40,762 nt of DNA from a virus (lineage: Duplodnaviria > Caudoviricetes), in IMG/VR virus record IMGVR_UViG_3300040971_000149, positions 1 through 40,762 of that record. One strand, 5' to 3'. This document shows positions 32,836-40,762 of this stretch, piece by piece (position 1 is the stretch's first letter; each line of letters starts with the position of its first letter). The translations under genes were made by a program, and so were the position numbers. Under the pieces are notes generated by a model. It was not told the DNA's origin. It saw only the letters and a list, made by a program, of their open reading frames with translations, and ran no database searches.

Positions 32836-33150
32836 CTACAAATTCGCTACCGCGCACGATGCGCAGTCACCCTCACAACCCTTCGGCACCATCACCACGA
32901 TCCGGCCCTGGGCCAATTTCCTCGGGTCCAGCCTGCTCAGACCCGGCCCAATGGGCGGGATGTCGGCGGCAGGCTTGGCCTCGGCTTCCCGAATCGGCAC
33001 ATACAGCTTGCCCTCCAGCTCCTCGGCCAAATCAGCCAGTTCCATCAGATTCGTCCTGACAATCCGGATCACCGCCGCCTGGTCCTCGGTCACCTCGTGC
33101 AGCAAGGCCCCCAGGGCCAGGGCGTTCGTCTTGATTTTTTTACCCAGCAT
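32836..33150 (-). CDS. Hypothetical protein
   Basis: In-operon ORF with GGGGG RBS-like run. Confidence 0.7.
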   Translation of the reverse strand: MLGKKIKTNALALGALLHEVTEDQAAVIRIVRTNLMELADLAEELEGKLYVPIREAEAKPAADIPPIGPGLSRLDPRKLAQGRIVVMVPKGCEGDCASCAVANL

Positions 33151-33165
33151 ATTTCCCCCAAATCG

Positions 33166-33249
33166 TTAGAAGTGCCTGTCCCGCAGCGCCCAACCCAGGG
33201 CCACACCGACCACCAACATGAAAATCGCAATCCCTGCCGGCCACATCAT
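33166..33249 (-). CDS. Single-TM microprotein (27 aa)
   Basis: MMWPAGIAIFMLVVGVALGWALRDRHF; ATGA-coupled; GGAGG upstream; fills the intergenic gap. Confidence 0.6.
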   Translation of the reverse strand: MMWPAGIAIFMLVVGVALGWALRDRHF

Positions 33250-33788
33250 GACGCGTCCTCCAGCTCCTTGCAGGCCTCGGCCATGGTCCGCAGGGCCTCG
33301 CCCATGGTCTGCAGGGCTTTTTTGCGCCGGATCTGGCGCAATTTCGCGGCCTTGGCCTCGTCATCGGGCAGGGTCACGGGGTCCACGACCATCTGCACGC
33401 GGCCGTCTGGCAGCCTGCGCACGATCTCCTGGGTCTCCAGGGTCGTGGTCCACTGCCGCGCATAGCCACGGCTGGCCCCGGTCAGTTCCATCAGATCCTC
33501 GACGCTGACCACGCGCCGGGCGCGCAGGATGCTCCACATCTTGGCCCGCAGCTGCACCTTCTCGGCCCGTCTGGCCCATCCGTAGCGCCCGATCTCGACC
33601 CGCGTGACCTCTCCGGACCGCAGCATGTCGCGCAGGGCCGCCTGCACCATGGCCCGCACCTTGCGCCCGGCGACCATATCCGCCGGGGCCGCGTGGATCG
33701 CGGCCTGGGTCAGCTCCGTCACCGTGGCCTGGCCGCGTTGCTCCAGGGCCTGGCGCACCAAATCAGCAAATGATCCCGTCCGTCCCAT
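33246..33788 (-). CDS. Hypothetical winged-helix-like protein
   Basis: Directly after the ATPase; MW.ILR..R..S..DL..LTGAS..Y pattern. Confidence 0.75.
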   Translation of the reverse strand: MGRTGSFADLVRQALEQRGQATVTELTQAAIHAAPADMVAGRKVRAMVQAALRDMLRSGEVTRVEIGRYGWARRAEKVQLRAKMWSILRARRVVSVEDLMELTGASRGYARQWTTTLETQEIVRRLPDGRVQMVVDPVTLPDDEAKAAKLRQIRRKKALQTMGEALRTMAEACKELEDAS

Positions 33789-34498
33789 CAGTTCCCCCTC
33801 AGCAGCTGCTTGAGCGCGATCCGCACCATTTCCCGGTCTACATTCTGCCCGCCCTTGCCCTTGGCCATTGGCACCAGAGTGGTGGCCAGACGCCGCACTT
33901 CCCGGAAATCTCCGCCCGTGTCCTTGGCCGCCAGCTCGGCCGCTCCCTTGTCGAGGCGCAGCCCGGCCACCTCGGCAGCGTAGAAGACGATGTCGCTGGC
34001 CCCGATGGGCTCGAACTCCACCACCTGAAACACGCGGCTCCAGACCCGGCGCTCGGCCTGCAGGTAGCTGATCAGATCGACCTCGCCCACAAAGACGATG
34101 GGCGATATTGACAGATCCGTCAGGTCACGCGCGAGGTCCAGGAATCTGGGCGGCAGTTTCTCCGGTTCGTCCAGAATGATGATCCGCGGCCGCACGACGA
34201 GGCGGTCCAGCACGGCCGTGAACGCGGCGGCCTTGGTCCGGGGTGGCGTCAACACGCCAAGCTCCCGGGCCAGTGCGCGCAAAAACTCCATCTCAGACGA
34301 GGTCCAGATGGTTAAAACGCGCATGTAAATGGCCTGATGCTGGGCCGCGTACCACTGGGACGTCCGCGATTTGCCGAACCCGGCAGGGCTGAACACAACC
34401 CCAAACCGGCCCTCGCCCTCGGACAGGGCCAGCGTGTCCATCAGGACCTCGTAGTTGCGGACGTTCCGCGTCTTGACAAAGGACGGGTTGAGCTTCAT
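33788..34498 (-). CDS. Transposition AAA+ ATPase (MuB-like)
   Basis: Walker A SPAGFGKS, Walker B IIILDE, R..SR and GGDFR motifs; follows the transposase. Confidence 0.9.
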   Translation of the reverse strand: MKLNPSFVKTRNVRNYEVLMDTLALSEGEGRFGVVFSPAGFGKSRTSQWYAAQHQAIYMRVLTIWTSSEMEFLRALARELGVLTPPRTKAAAFTAVLDRLVVRPRIIILDEPEKLPPRFLDLARDLTDLSISPIVFVGEVDLISYLQAERRVWSRVFQVVEFEPIGASDIVFYAAEVAGLRLDKGAAELAAKDTGGDFREVRRLATTLVPMAKGKGGQNVDREMVRIALKQLLRGN

Positions 34499-34561
34499 GC
34501 TTGCGTCTCCTTTTGGTTTTAGGCCTGTCGCGCGGCGGTCACCGAGCGGCGGGCCGTTTTT

Positions 34562-36841
34562 TTATGAATGGGCCTGGGCCTCTGTCGCCGGCACGGCGTG
34601 CAGCAGCGCCAACTTCATCCTGAATTCCTCAAAATATCCGCTGAGCTGGCCGTATCTGGCCGTCTGTTCGAAGTAGCGCATGAAGGCCGAGAACTCCGCC
34701 GGGATCAGCATGCCCTGGGCCTCGGCATCGAGCAGCATCTCGTACCGATCTTCCTCCGGGTACGTGCCGCGCACGTCCGTCCAGAACTGATCCGCCGCGC
34801 TGATGGCGTAGGACTGCCAGTCCGGCTCGGCCGCTTCGGGCTCCGGGTCCGGCGCGGGCTGATTCATGGCCTGGAGTTCGGCCAGCTCGGCCGCGAAATC
34901 GTCATCAGTGGTGGGTAGGACCGGCGCGGTGGGGCGGCCTGGCACGGGCTGGGCTGCTGGCGATTCGCCCTGTGCGGCTCCGCCCGTCAGGCCTATGCGC
35001 TCCAGGCTGGCCGCATATCCGGGCATGATCTCGCCCGTCAGCAGCTCCGTGGCCGTGGCGCTGGCCATCTTCTCCGCATGCTTGCGCATCTCCAGGCTCA
35101 GCTTGAGCAGGCGTTGATCGTCATCGGAGCCCAGGACCTTGGCCATGGGGTTGACCTTGGCCTTGAGCTGCGCCGCGCAGATGAATGACCCGTCCAGCTC
35201 GTACACGTCCACGCTGGTCAGATCCTGCGGGTCGTATTTCACGATCACATCGTGCTTGCGGCCGTACAGGCGCGAATCGAAATAGGTGATTTCCTTGGCG
35301 GAACCGACCAGGCTGCCCGGCAAGGACACCTGACACCGGGACACCTGGCGCGAGCGGGCCGTGAGCATGCACTCCCGCAGGCCGTCCAGGTGCTCCGCGC
35401 TCAGACCGTCACCGCGCCCGGCGTCAAACACCTCGCGCGGGCAGCGGCCCTGCAGGTGGCTGCGCGGCTGGGGCTGCTCCACGTAGTAATCCACCCAAGA
35501 GGCCACGGCCCGGTGCGCTTCCGGCAAGGTCATCACCGGGCTGCCGCTGGCCTCCCAGATCGCCCGGTGCGCGAACTCTCCGCGTTTTTGATAGGCTGGC
35601 TTGAGGTCGATGCACGAGCCCGTTCCGCCCGGCATCAGCTCTTCCAACTGTCTGAGATAGCCGAAAAATCGTTCCACGGTCTTGGATTGCCCGTGATAGG
35701 CCCAGGCAAAGGTGGTCTTCATGCCGAGGCGGGTAAAAAGCCCGTCCACGCCGCTCTGGCTCAAGTCGCCCGTGAAGTGCGTGCCCTTGAAGGCCCGGCC
35801 GTTGTCCAGATAGGCCACCTGCGCGGGCTTACCGAGGCGCAGCAGCGCCCGGCGCATGGCCGCGGTGATGACCAGCGTGTTTTCCTCCGGCGCGATCTCC
35901 CAGCCCACGGGGTAATTGGAGGCCATGTCGTACCACATGACCAGGGTCATGCGGCACGGGCGGCCCGTGAACGGGTGGATGATCTGAAAATTGAGGCGAT
36001 GCCCGTCCGCCACCAGCACCGCGCCGGGCCACAACATGCCCAGATCGCGGTCCACGTACATGGCCACCTTGTCGTTCCAGGCCTTCACGCCCTCGCGGCA
36101 GAAGACCCACACGTCCTGGTTGCGCTCCTGAAAGGTGGTCAAAAAACGGCGGAACGTGGCGTCCGATGGCACGTCCTGGCCCTGGGCCGCCAGTAGCTGC
36201 TGGGTCATGGAGATGCAGGTGGACAGGCGCACCCGGTTCGGGTGCAGGGCCAGACGCAGCACGGCCTGCTGCATGGCCTCGGTCAGGCTGGACTGCCCGC
36301 GCAGGGCCAGCCCGCGCCGGTCAGCCAGGTGGAACGCGTCGGCCGTGCGGGTCAGGGTCACCTTCCAGCGCTCCAAAGTCTTCCAACTGACCGGGCCGAT
36401 CTCCCGGAGCAGCTCCGGATAGGCCCCGGCCAGGTAGGCCTGGATGAATCCGTCCCGGGCATGGGCCTTGTTGGCCGAGCGGGACACGGCGTCCGTGTAG
36501 TAGCGGACCAGATCGGCCCGCAGCATGGCCTTGCGCTTGCGCGGGATGTCCAGCACACGCGGGGCCAAGGCGGGCACGGCCGGAGCCAGGGAGCGGCACC
36601 GCACCGGGGCCGAAGTGGCCACGGCCAGGGCCGTGGTTTCTGCCGTGCAAATGGCCTGCTTGGCCTCCCGAGCCACCAGTGCCGCGCGCACGTCCGAGGG
36701 CAGGGCGTCCAGGGTGAAAACGCGCCCGCCGCCCTTGCCAGGACGCTTCCGGAAGGGCCAGCCTTCCTTCTTCACCCTGTAGTCCACGGACTGGGTCTTG
36801 ATGCCCAATGCTTCGGCGATCTGCGCGGTTGTGTAGCTCAT
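34562..36841 (-). CDS. Mu-type DDE transposase
   Basis: N-terminal HTH with GKGGG; catalytic VADGH, YLDNG and KTVERFF; C-terminal YDP.DL..V.VY...G.FIC.A. Confidence 0.95.
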   Translation of the reverse strand: MSYTTAQIAEALGIKTQSVDYRVKKEGWPFRKRPGKGGGRVFTLDALPSDVRAALVAREAKQAICTAETTALAVATSAPVRCRSLAPAVPALAPRVLDIPRKRKAMLRADLVRYYTDAVSRSANKAHARDGFIQAYLAGAYPELLREIGPVSWKTLERWKVTLTRTADAFHLADRRGLALRGQSSLTEAMQQAVLRLALHPNRVRLSTCISMTQQLLAAQGQDVPSDATFRRFLTTFQERNQDVWVFCREGVKAWNDKVAMYVDRDLGMLWPGAVLVADGHRLNFQIIHPFTGRPCRMTLVMWYDMASNYPVGWEIAPEENTLVITAAMRRALLRLGKPAQVAYLDNGRAFKGTHFTGDLSQSGVDGLFTRLGMKTTFAWAYHGQSKTVERFFGYLRQLEELMPGGTGSCIDLKPAYQKRGEFAHRAIWEASGSPVMTLPEAHRAVASWVDYYVEQPQPRSHLQGRCPREVFDAGRGDGLSAEHLDGLRECMLTARSRQVSRCQVSLPGSLVGSAKEITYFDSRLYGRKHDVIVKYDPQDLTSVDVYELDGSFICAAQLKAKVNPMAKVLGSDDDQRLLKLSLEMRKHAEKMASATATELLTGEIMPGYAASLERIGLTGGAAQGESPAAQPVPGRPTAPVLPTTDDDFAAELAELQAMNQPAPDPEPEAAEPDWQSYAISAADQFWTDVRGTYPEEDRYEMLLDAEAQGMLIPAEFSAFMRYFEQTARYGQLSGYFEEFRMKLALLHAVPATEAQAHS

Positions 36842-36965
36842 GCCCGGCCCATCCTGTCGATTCTGTCCATTTTCCCGTCCGTGTCAGTCCGTGTACCTAG
36901 TCCAAGTTCAGTCCTTGAATGCCCACCCGGTCCCGAGACCGGGCAGGTGTTGAAGGAATGAAGCG

Positions 36966-37163
36966 TCAACCCATCACCCGTTGCAGCCTGTCAGCGACGG
37001 TGCACACCTTGAATGGCGCGTCTTTTCCGTGTACTTGGGCAAACTTCTCGCGCATCATTTCCATGATCGCAGCGCGGTGGCCCAGATAACCCTGTCTCCG
37101 CTTTTCAGCAGGATCATCCGATGAAACAAGAACTTCAGTATCCGTACGATTTTGTTGGATCAT
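36966..37163 (-). CDS. Small hypothetical protein
   Basis: ATGA-coupled to 37160-37486. Confidence 0.5.
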   Translation of the reverse strand: MIQQNRTDTEVLVSSDDPAEKRRQGYLGHRAAIMEMMREKFAQVHGKDAPFKVCTVADRLQRVMG

Positions 37164-37471
37164 GGCTGGAAACTCCTCATGGCAATCTGTTGGTTGAAAG
37201 AGACTTTTTTTGTGTCAGATGCGCCCGTATCGAGCGCTTTAGCCTCGCCAAGGAAGAAATTGCCTCGGCTACCGTCCCGCATGATCTGGAAAGCTACCCC
37301 CTGGAGCGCAAGGCAATCGGCGCAGGCTGGGTCATCACAACCGCGATTACAGCCAAGCAACCGCTCGAATATCTGTTGTGCCCCGACTGTGTTGCCGCAG
37401 ATTTGGCCGCATTCGACCGGTTCATGGCTCTCGTTGACGCCGGTCGACACAAGGGCATCAATCCGGTGTGA
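37121..37471 (+). CDS. Antisense hypothetical protein with two CxxC motifs
   Basis: CVRC...CPDC, protein-like composition; opposite to the early operon. Confidence 0.55.
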   Translation: MKQELQYPYDFVGSWLETPHGNLLVERDFFCVRCARIERFSLAKEEIASATVPHDLESYPLERKAIGAGWVITTAITAKQPLEYLLCPDCVAADLAAFDRFMALVDAGRHKGINPV

Positions 37472-37486
37472 TAGCGCCACCGTCAT
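37160..37486 (-). CDS. Hypothetical ORF overlapping the antisense gene
   Basis: AGGAGG RBS; ATGA coupling at both ends. Confidence 0.45.
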   Translation of the reverse strand: MTVALSHRIDALVSTGVNESHEPVECGQICGNTVGAQQIFERLLGCNRGCDDPACADCLALQGVAFQIMRDGSRGNFFLGEAKALDTGASDTKKVSFNQQIAMRSFQP

Positions 37487-37668
37487 GCCGTCCTCCTAGC
37501 CCGACGCGACGCCTGGCGCCGACGCGCCCGGTTTCGCTGAGAGTGATGGCGCTGTCCGATTGTCGCCGTGGGCCTGCGGAATTGTCGGAATGTGCGCTGG
37601 GGCTCATATTTCGCGAACAGAGCCGCCGCATCCGCGAAAATCGGCCACAAACAGATCCAGCCGTTCAT
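37483..37668 (-). CDS. Small basic hypothetical protein
   Basis: AAGGAGG RBS, ATGA coupling, Arg-rich C-terminus. Confidence 0.6.
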   Translation of the reverse strand: MNGWICLWPIFADAAALFAKYEPQRTFRQFRRPTATIGQRHHSQRNRARRRQASRRARRTA

Positions 37669-37892
37669 GCCGCCCTCCTTACGCCCTCGTACCTCGTCCC
37701 CTTGAAACACCCGCGCGGACATCCGCGCCGCCTCAGCCATTCCGCGATCGGCATGGACACAGACTTGCCCAGGAAAAAGGCGCTGATCATCTGTTCGGAC
37801 ACGCCAATTTCGTCGCTCATCATGCGCCGCGTGATGCCTTCCAGCTCCATCCAGGACTTTATTTTTCTGCGTGCTTGCTCAGTCATGCTCAT
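37665..37892 (-). CDS. Cro/Ner-like HTH regulator
   Basis: GIT...MSDEIGVSEQMISAFFLGK..S; early operon divergent from the repressor. Confidence 0.8.
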   Translation of the reverse strand: MSMTEQARRKIKSWMELEGITRRMMSDEIGVSEQMISAFFLGKSVSMPIAEWLRRRGCPRGCFKGTRYEGVRRAA

Positions 37893-38338
37893 AGTCCATG
37901 CCGTCCTTTTATCTTGCGGAGTCGGTCCTTGAGCTTCCGCTCCTCAATGATCACCTCGCCCAGCTCGGCCAGCCCCAACGTCTCTTCATCCGCCAACCCA
38001 TACCCAGTGCCCTTCAACATGATCCGGGCCAGACGCGGGCTGCGCAGCACAATCATCCAGGCCGTGGCGATCTGTATCGGGAAATAGCGGTCCGTGCGGG
38101 CCTCGCTGGTCCAATTGTCGATGTGGTTGCGGCTGATCTTCTCGCTCGTCAGACGGGAAAGCTCTTTGGCGATGATCTCACGCGGCATGTCCGTGTCCGC
38201 AAGATCCAGTGTCAGGGCCTCGCGGATGGCTTCGCGGCGGGCCAAATCACCGGCATCAAAGCGCGTTGTGTGCGCATGATGGATGGGGAGAGAGAGCTGT
38301 TTTGGACCCCTGTCAGAGGGGTTGCTTTTTCCTGCCAT
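37889..38338 (-). CDS. Putative DNA-binding regulatory protein (first early gene)
   Basis: RE.IA.ELS.L....IS...IDNWTSE.R....P pattern; divergent from the repressor. Confidence 0.7.
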   Translation of the reverse strand: MAGKSNPSDRGPKQLSLPIHHAHTTRFDAGDLARREAIREALTLDLADTDMPREIIAKELSRLTSEKISRNHIDNWTSEARTDRYFPIQIATAWMIVLRSPRLARIMLKGTGYGLADEETLGLAELGEVIIEERKLKDRLRKIKGRHGL

Positions 38339-38406
38339 TGCCAGCGCGATTCCTTCCGTTTACAAGTTGATTTATGCGACTTGTTTTTTTCAACCTCACA
38401 AGGCCG

Positions 38407-38435
38407 GTTTAAATGCTTTGCTTTTAAAATGTCAA
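38407..38435 (-). promoter_or_regulatory. Candidate early promoter
   Basis: Perfect TTGACA -35 (38430-38435) with a weak -10 (TTAAAC) 17 bp downstream. Confidence 0.5.
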
Positions 38436-38443
38436 CAGTAATT

Positions 38444-38580
38444 TTGTTTGGAAGTTAAAAGAGCTGGTGGATAAACTAAAAGAGCTGTTAAATGACTGAA
38501 AATAAAAACAATAACGCCAACTTCCAAACAACAGGTTTATTTGGAAGTTCTTTTGGAAGTTCGGCCTCCAAACTTCCAAA
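38444..38580. promoter_or_regulatory. Operator/enhancer-like repeat cluster
   Basis: TTTGGAAGTT x5 (38447, 38519 inverted, 38540, 38552, 38571 inverted) and TAAAAGAGCTG x2 (38456, 38477). Confidence 0.65.
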
Positions 38581-39121
38581 TAGCTTTGATGCGACCCTCG
38601 ACAGATTGAAGTCTGTTTTTGGCGTGAAGACAGACACAGATTTCGCGAATAAAATGGGCTTTCGGCAGGGCGCAGTATCCAGCGCGAAACAGAAGCAGGC
38701 CATTCCGCCGGCCTGGATCATGGAAGTGGCGTTGACCAAGGGTGTGTCAGCTGACTGGCTGTTAACCGGCGAAGGCGAGATGAAGCGCGGCGCGGCCGCA
38801 GCGGAGCGGCCAGCGCAGCTAGCCGAAGACAGGCCCATATATAATGATAAGGGCGAAGACTTTGATATGGGTGAGGTCCTGGCTCAGACCATCGACATCC
38901 TGAACTCCAGGACCGTTTACACGACGGCCATCGTCAGCAACATCAAGGCCTTCCACAAGGCCATCACCACGGAAAAGAAGATCGAAGACCTGGAGGCCAA
39001 CCTCACGCGCCGCCTGGATGCCCTGGAGGCCGAGAACGTGGAAATCCGCGCCCGGAACCAACAGCTCTTGGAGGATGTCGACAACCTCCGGTCTCGATTG
39101 GCTCTGGAAAACACCGGATGA
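38492..39121 (+). CDS. Prophage repressor (186/HP1 CI-type HTH) with coiled-coil C-terminus
   Basis: LDRLK..FG..TD..FA..MG.....VS.......IP..W.......GVS.DWLLTGEG; no S24 peptidase motif seen. Confidence 0.85.
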   Translation: MTENKNNNANFQTTGLFGSSFGSSASKLPNSFDATLDRLKSVFGVKTDTDFANKMGFRQGAVSSAKQKQAIPPAWIMEVALTKGVSADWLLTGEGEMKRGAAAAERPAQLAEDRPIYNDKGEDFDMGEVLAQTIDILNSRTVYTTAIVSNIKAFHKAITTEKKIEDLEANLTRRLDALEAENVEIRARNQQLLEDVDNLRSRLALENTG

Positions 39122-39267
39122 TCGACCCTACCATCTGCGCCGCACCTGGTACCGCACTGGAAACGTCATACACGCGGCCAGGGCCTGGGGCGCCATAGGG
39201 TGGAGGCATGCAGGGTCCCGCCACCAGCACGCCGCCTGATGTCAGACATTCCGTCTGACAATCACTA

Positions 39268-39310
39268 CTATTGATCGTACGAAACAAAAAAGGGGCCGCC
39301 AGGCCCCATT
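39268..39310. repeat. 43-bp direct repeat, copy 1 (includes a minus-strand terminator)
   Basis: CTATTGATCGTACGAAACAAAAAAGGGGCCGCCAGGCCCCATT; matches 40425-40466. Confidence 0.9.
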
Positions 39311-39350
39311 TATAGAGAATCGGGCTGGGGATAACGGCAAGGAGATTTGC

Positions 39351-40409
39351 GTGCATCAATTTGTAATCTCGAAACATGAAGACTTTTTTGACGCAGCGAT
39401 CTTGCTCGAAACAAAGGAAATAAGCTCTGACAATATTAGAATTTCTGAAGATTTCTATTTCATCTTAAAAATTGATGACCCAAAATGGGGTGACTCAGAA
39501 TTATTTGATTACAAAAAAGCATCTGTAATTCTTAAGTTGCAGGAAGACATACTAGGTATTTATAATAAAATTTCAAAGAAGAACGTACAGATAAAGGACT
39601 TGCAATATCATGAAGATCTAGTTATAACCGTCAAGGTTGAAAATGGATGTATTCAGTATCTAACAAAATTTGCAGAAATATATGAAAAGATCACAAACAA
39701 GATGAACAACGATCAACAATTCATTTGCTTTCTGTTACTTTCAGGCGTTGCATTCGCTGGGATATCATATTGGGCAATCACGTCCCTGTATAAAACGTAC
39801 AAATCAAACGAGCTTGAATTAAAGAAAAAAGAACTTGAACTAAAAGCAAAAGAACTTGACTCAAAAGAAAAAGAGCGCGTTCTCGATTCTTTAGACAACG
39901 CTATTGATGCGCTGTCTCAAAATACAGCTACGCCGCGATTCCTTTCACAGCATATTTCCGATTTTGGCACGGTATCACTCTGCAACGAAGACCCAGTATC
40001 AAAGTCCGAACTTCCGCGCATGCCTGATCTCAAGGACAAGGAACCTCTCAAATCGATCACAATGCATATAGATGGCGTATATCCACTGAAAAAATACGAT
40101 TTCGAAACGCAAAATCTTCAGATATCTATTGGGACAAGGGGCGTTTGGTTCTCAACAAAAAGCATGCTCGACTCTGAAAAGGAAAAAATAAGAGAACTTA
40201 TTGACGAGTCACTTCTGCTTGAGTGCTCTCTCAGCGAAAAGCTCCAAATCAATGCAACTAAAACAGAAGATAATAAGATCATAGGAATAATCATCGGTAT
40301 CGGCGAACCCAGGGCGACAGCGGTAAGCTATATTGAATTTCTGAAGGCAAAATTTTCTGAACCTCACCGCGAAAAGGTCCGCGTTCTCCCGATCAAGATA
40401 CCAAGATAA
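39351..40409 (+). CDS. Low-GC moron protein with one TM segment and coiled coil
   Basis: AAGGAG RBS with GTG; strongly AT-rich; FICFLLLSGVAFAGISYW TM, then ELELKKKELELKAKE. Confidence 0.85.
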   Translation: MHQFVISKHEDFFDAAILLETKEISSDNIRISEDFYFILKIDDPKWGDSELFDYKKASVILKLQEDILGIYNKISKKNVQIKDLQYHEDLVITVKVENGCIQYLTKFAEIYEKITNKMNNDQQFICFLLLSGVAFAGISYWAITSLYKTYKSNELELKKKELELKAKELDSKEKERVLDSLDNAIDALSQNTATPRFLSQHISDFGTVSLCNEDPVSKSELPRMPDLKDKEPLKSITMHIDGVYPLKKYDFETQNLQISIGTRGVWFSTKSMLDSEKEKIRELIDESLLLECSLSEKLQINATKTEDNKIIGIIIGIGEPRATAVSYIEFLKAKFSEPHREKVRVLPIKIPR

Positions 40410-40424
40410 AGGTAAAAATTACGC

Positions 40425-40466
40425 CTATTGATCGACAAAGCAAAAAAGGGGCCGCCAGGCCCCATT
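40425..40466. repeat. Direct repeat, copy 2 (includes a minus-strand terminator)
   Basis: CTATTGATCGACAAAGCAAAAAAGGGGCCGCCAGGCCCCATT; 1 indel and 2 substitutions versus copy 1. Confidence 0.9.
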
Positions 40467-40468
40467 CA

Positions 40469-40641
40469 AATTCTCATTTTCCGCGCAAAAGCTGTAAAAA
40501 CTCGCCAAAAATTCTCAACTCATCTTTCGCGCCAAATCATCCCGCCCAGACGCCCAGCAACCCGCACCCGTCAAGCATCCGTCGCCAATCCAGCCACCTC
40601 AACTCCCTCATTCCCTAATTCTCATTTCTCCTGACCCCCCA
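40469..40641. repeat. Prophage end (repressor side) with putative transposase-binding sites
   Basis: AATTCTCATTTTCCGCGCAAAA (40469-40490), degenerate site 40510-40536, terminal AATTCTCATTTCTCCTGACCCCCCA (40617-40641). Confidence 0.8.
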
Positions 40642-40762
40642 TACTGGTCAGCACCATATTTCATCGCCCCCATCACTGGACACACCGGCTCGAAACGATT
40701 CGCAGGCTGCATGCCACGTCTCTTGGGAAGAACTCCAAACCCACACGTGTCCGGCCCCGACA

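Larger units (their letters stand above)
130..40641 (-). mobile_element. Complete-looking Mu-like transposable prophage (~40.5 kb) with siphovirus-type tail
   Basis: DDE transposase, AAA+ ATPase, GemA, Mu-type terminase/portal/MuF/protease/adaptor genes; ends TGAGCGGTCGCGATAGTTGAGAATT (130) and revcomp TGGGGGGTCAGGAGAAATGAGAATT (40641) align without gaps. Confidence 0.92.

Noticed and set aside
39018-39239. Small ORFs overlapping or following the repressor
   Set aside because: No recognisable motif, mostly overlapping the repressor in another frame; insufficient evidence.
40642-40762. Host feature in the right flank
   Set aside because: Too short; no identifiable gene or RNA.

Overview
Almost the whole window (about 130-40641) is one apparently complete transposable (Mu-like) prophage, transcribed mostly on the minus strand and inserted about 90 bp downstream of a host tRNA 3' end. 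The ends are TG...CA and each carries about three copies of a TTTTGCRCG-N5-TGAGAATT motif, the putative transposase sites. No target-site duplication is visible. Gene order from the right: low-GC moron, CI-type repressor, Cro/Ner-like gene, DDE transposase, AAA+ ATPase, early accessory genes (DUF3164-like, MTase, SprT, GemA), lysis cassette, terminases, portal, MuF, HU, protease/scaffold, lambda-like decoration and capsid proteins, siphovirus-type non-contractile tail, D12-class adenine MTase. Notable items: a type II hammerhead ribozyme in the early operon; a MuF protein with a C-terminal HExxH domain followed by a Cys-rich immunity candidate; a cloverleaf antisense RNA candidate upstream of the MTase; two AT-rich cassettes bounded by 43-53 bp direct repeats; an exact internal copy of an end motif; two matching late promoters; a fibre module inside the lysis cassette; REP-like palindromes translated in frame in lysis genes; and unannotated small membrane proteins. 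All protein calls come from motif recognition and synteny; no database searches were run.
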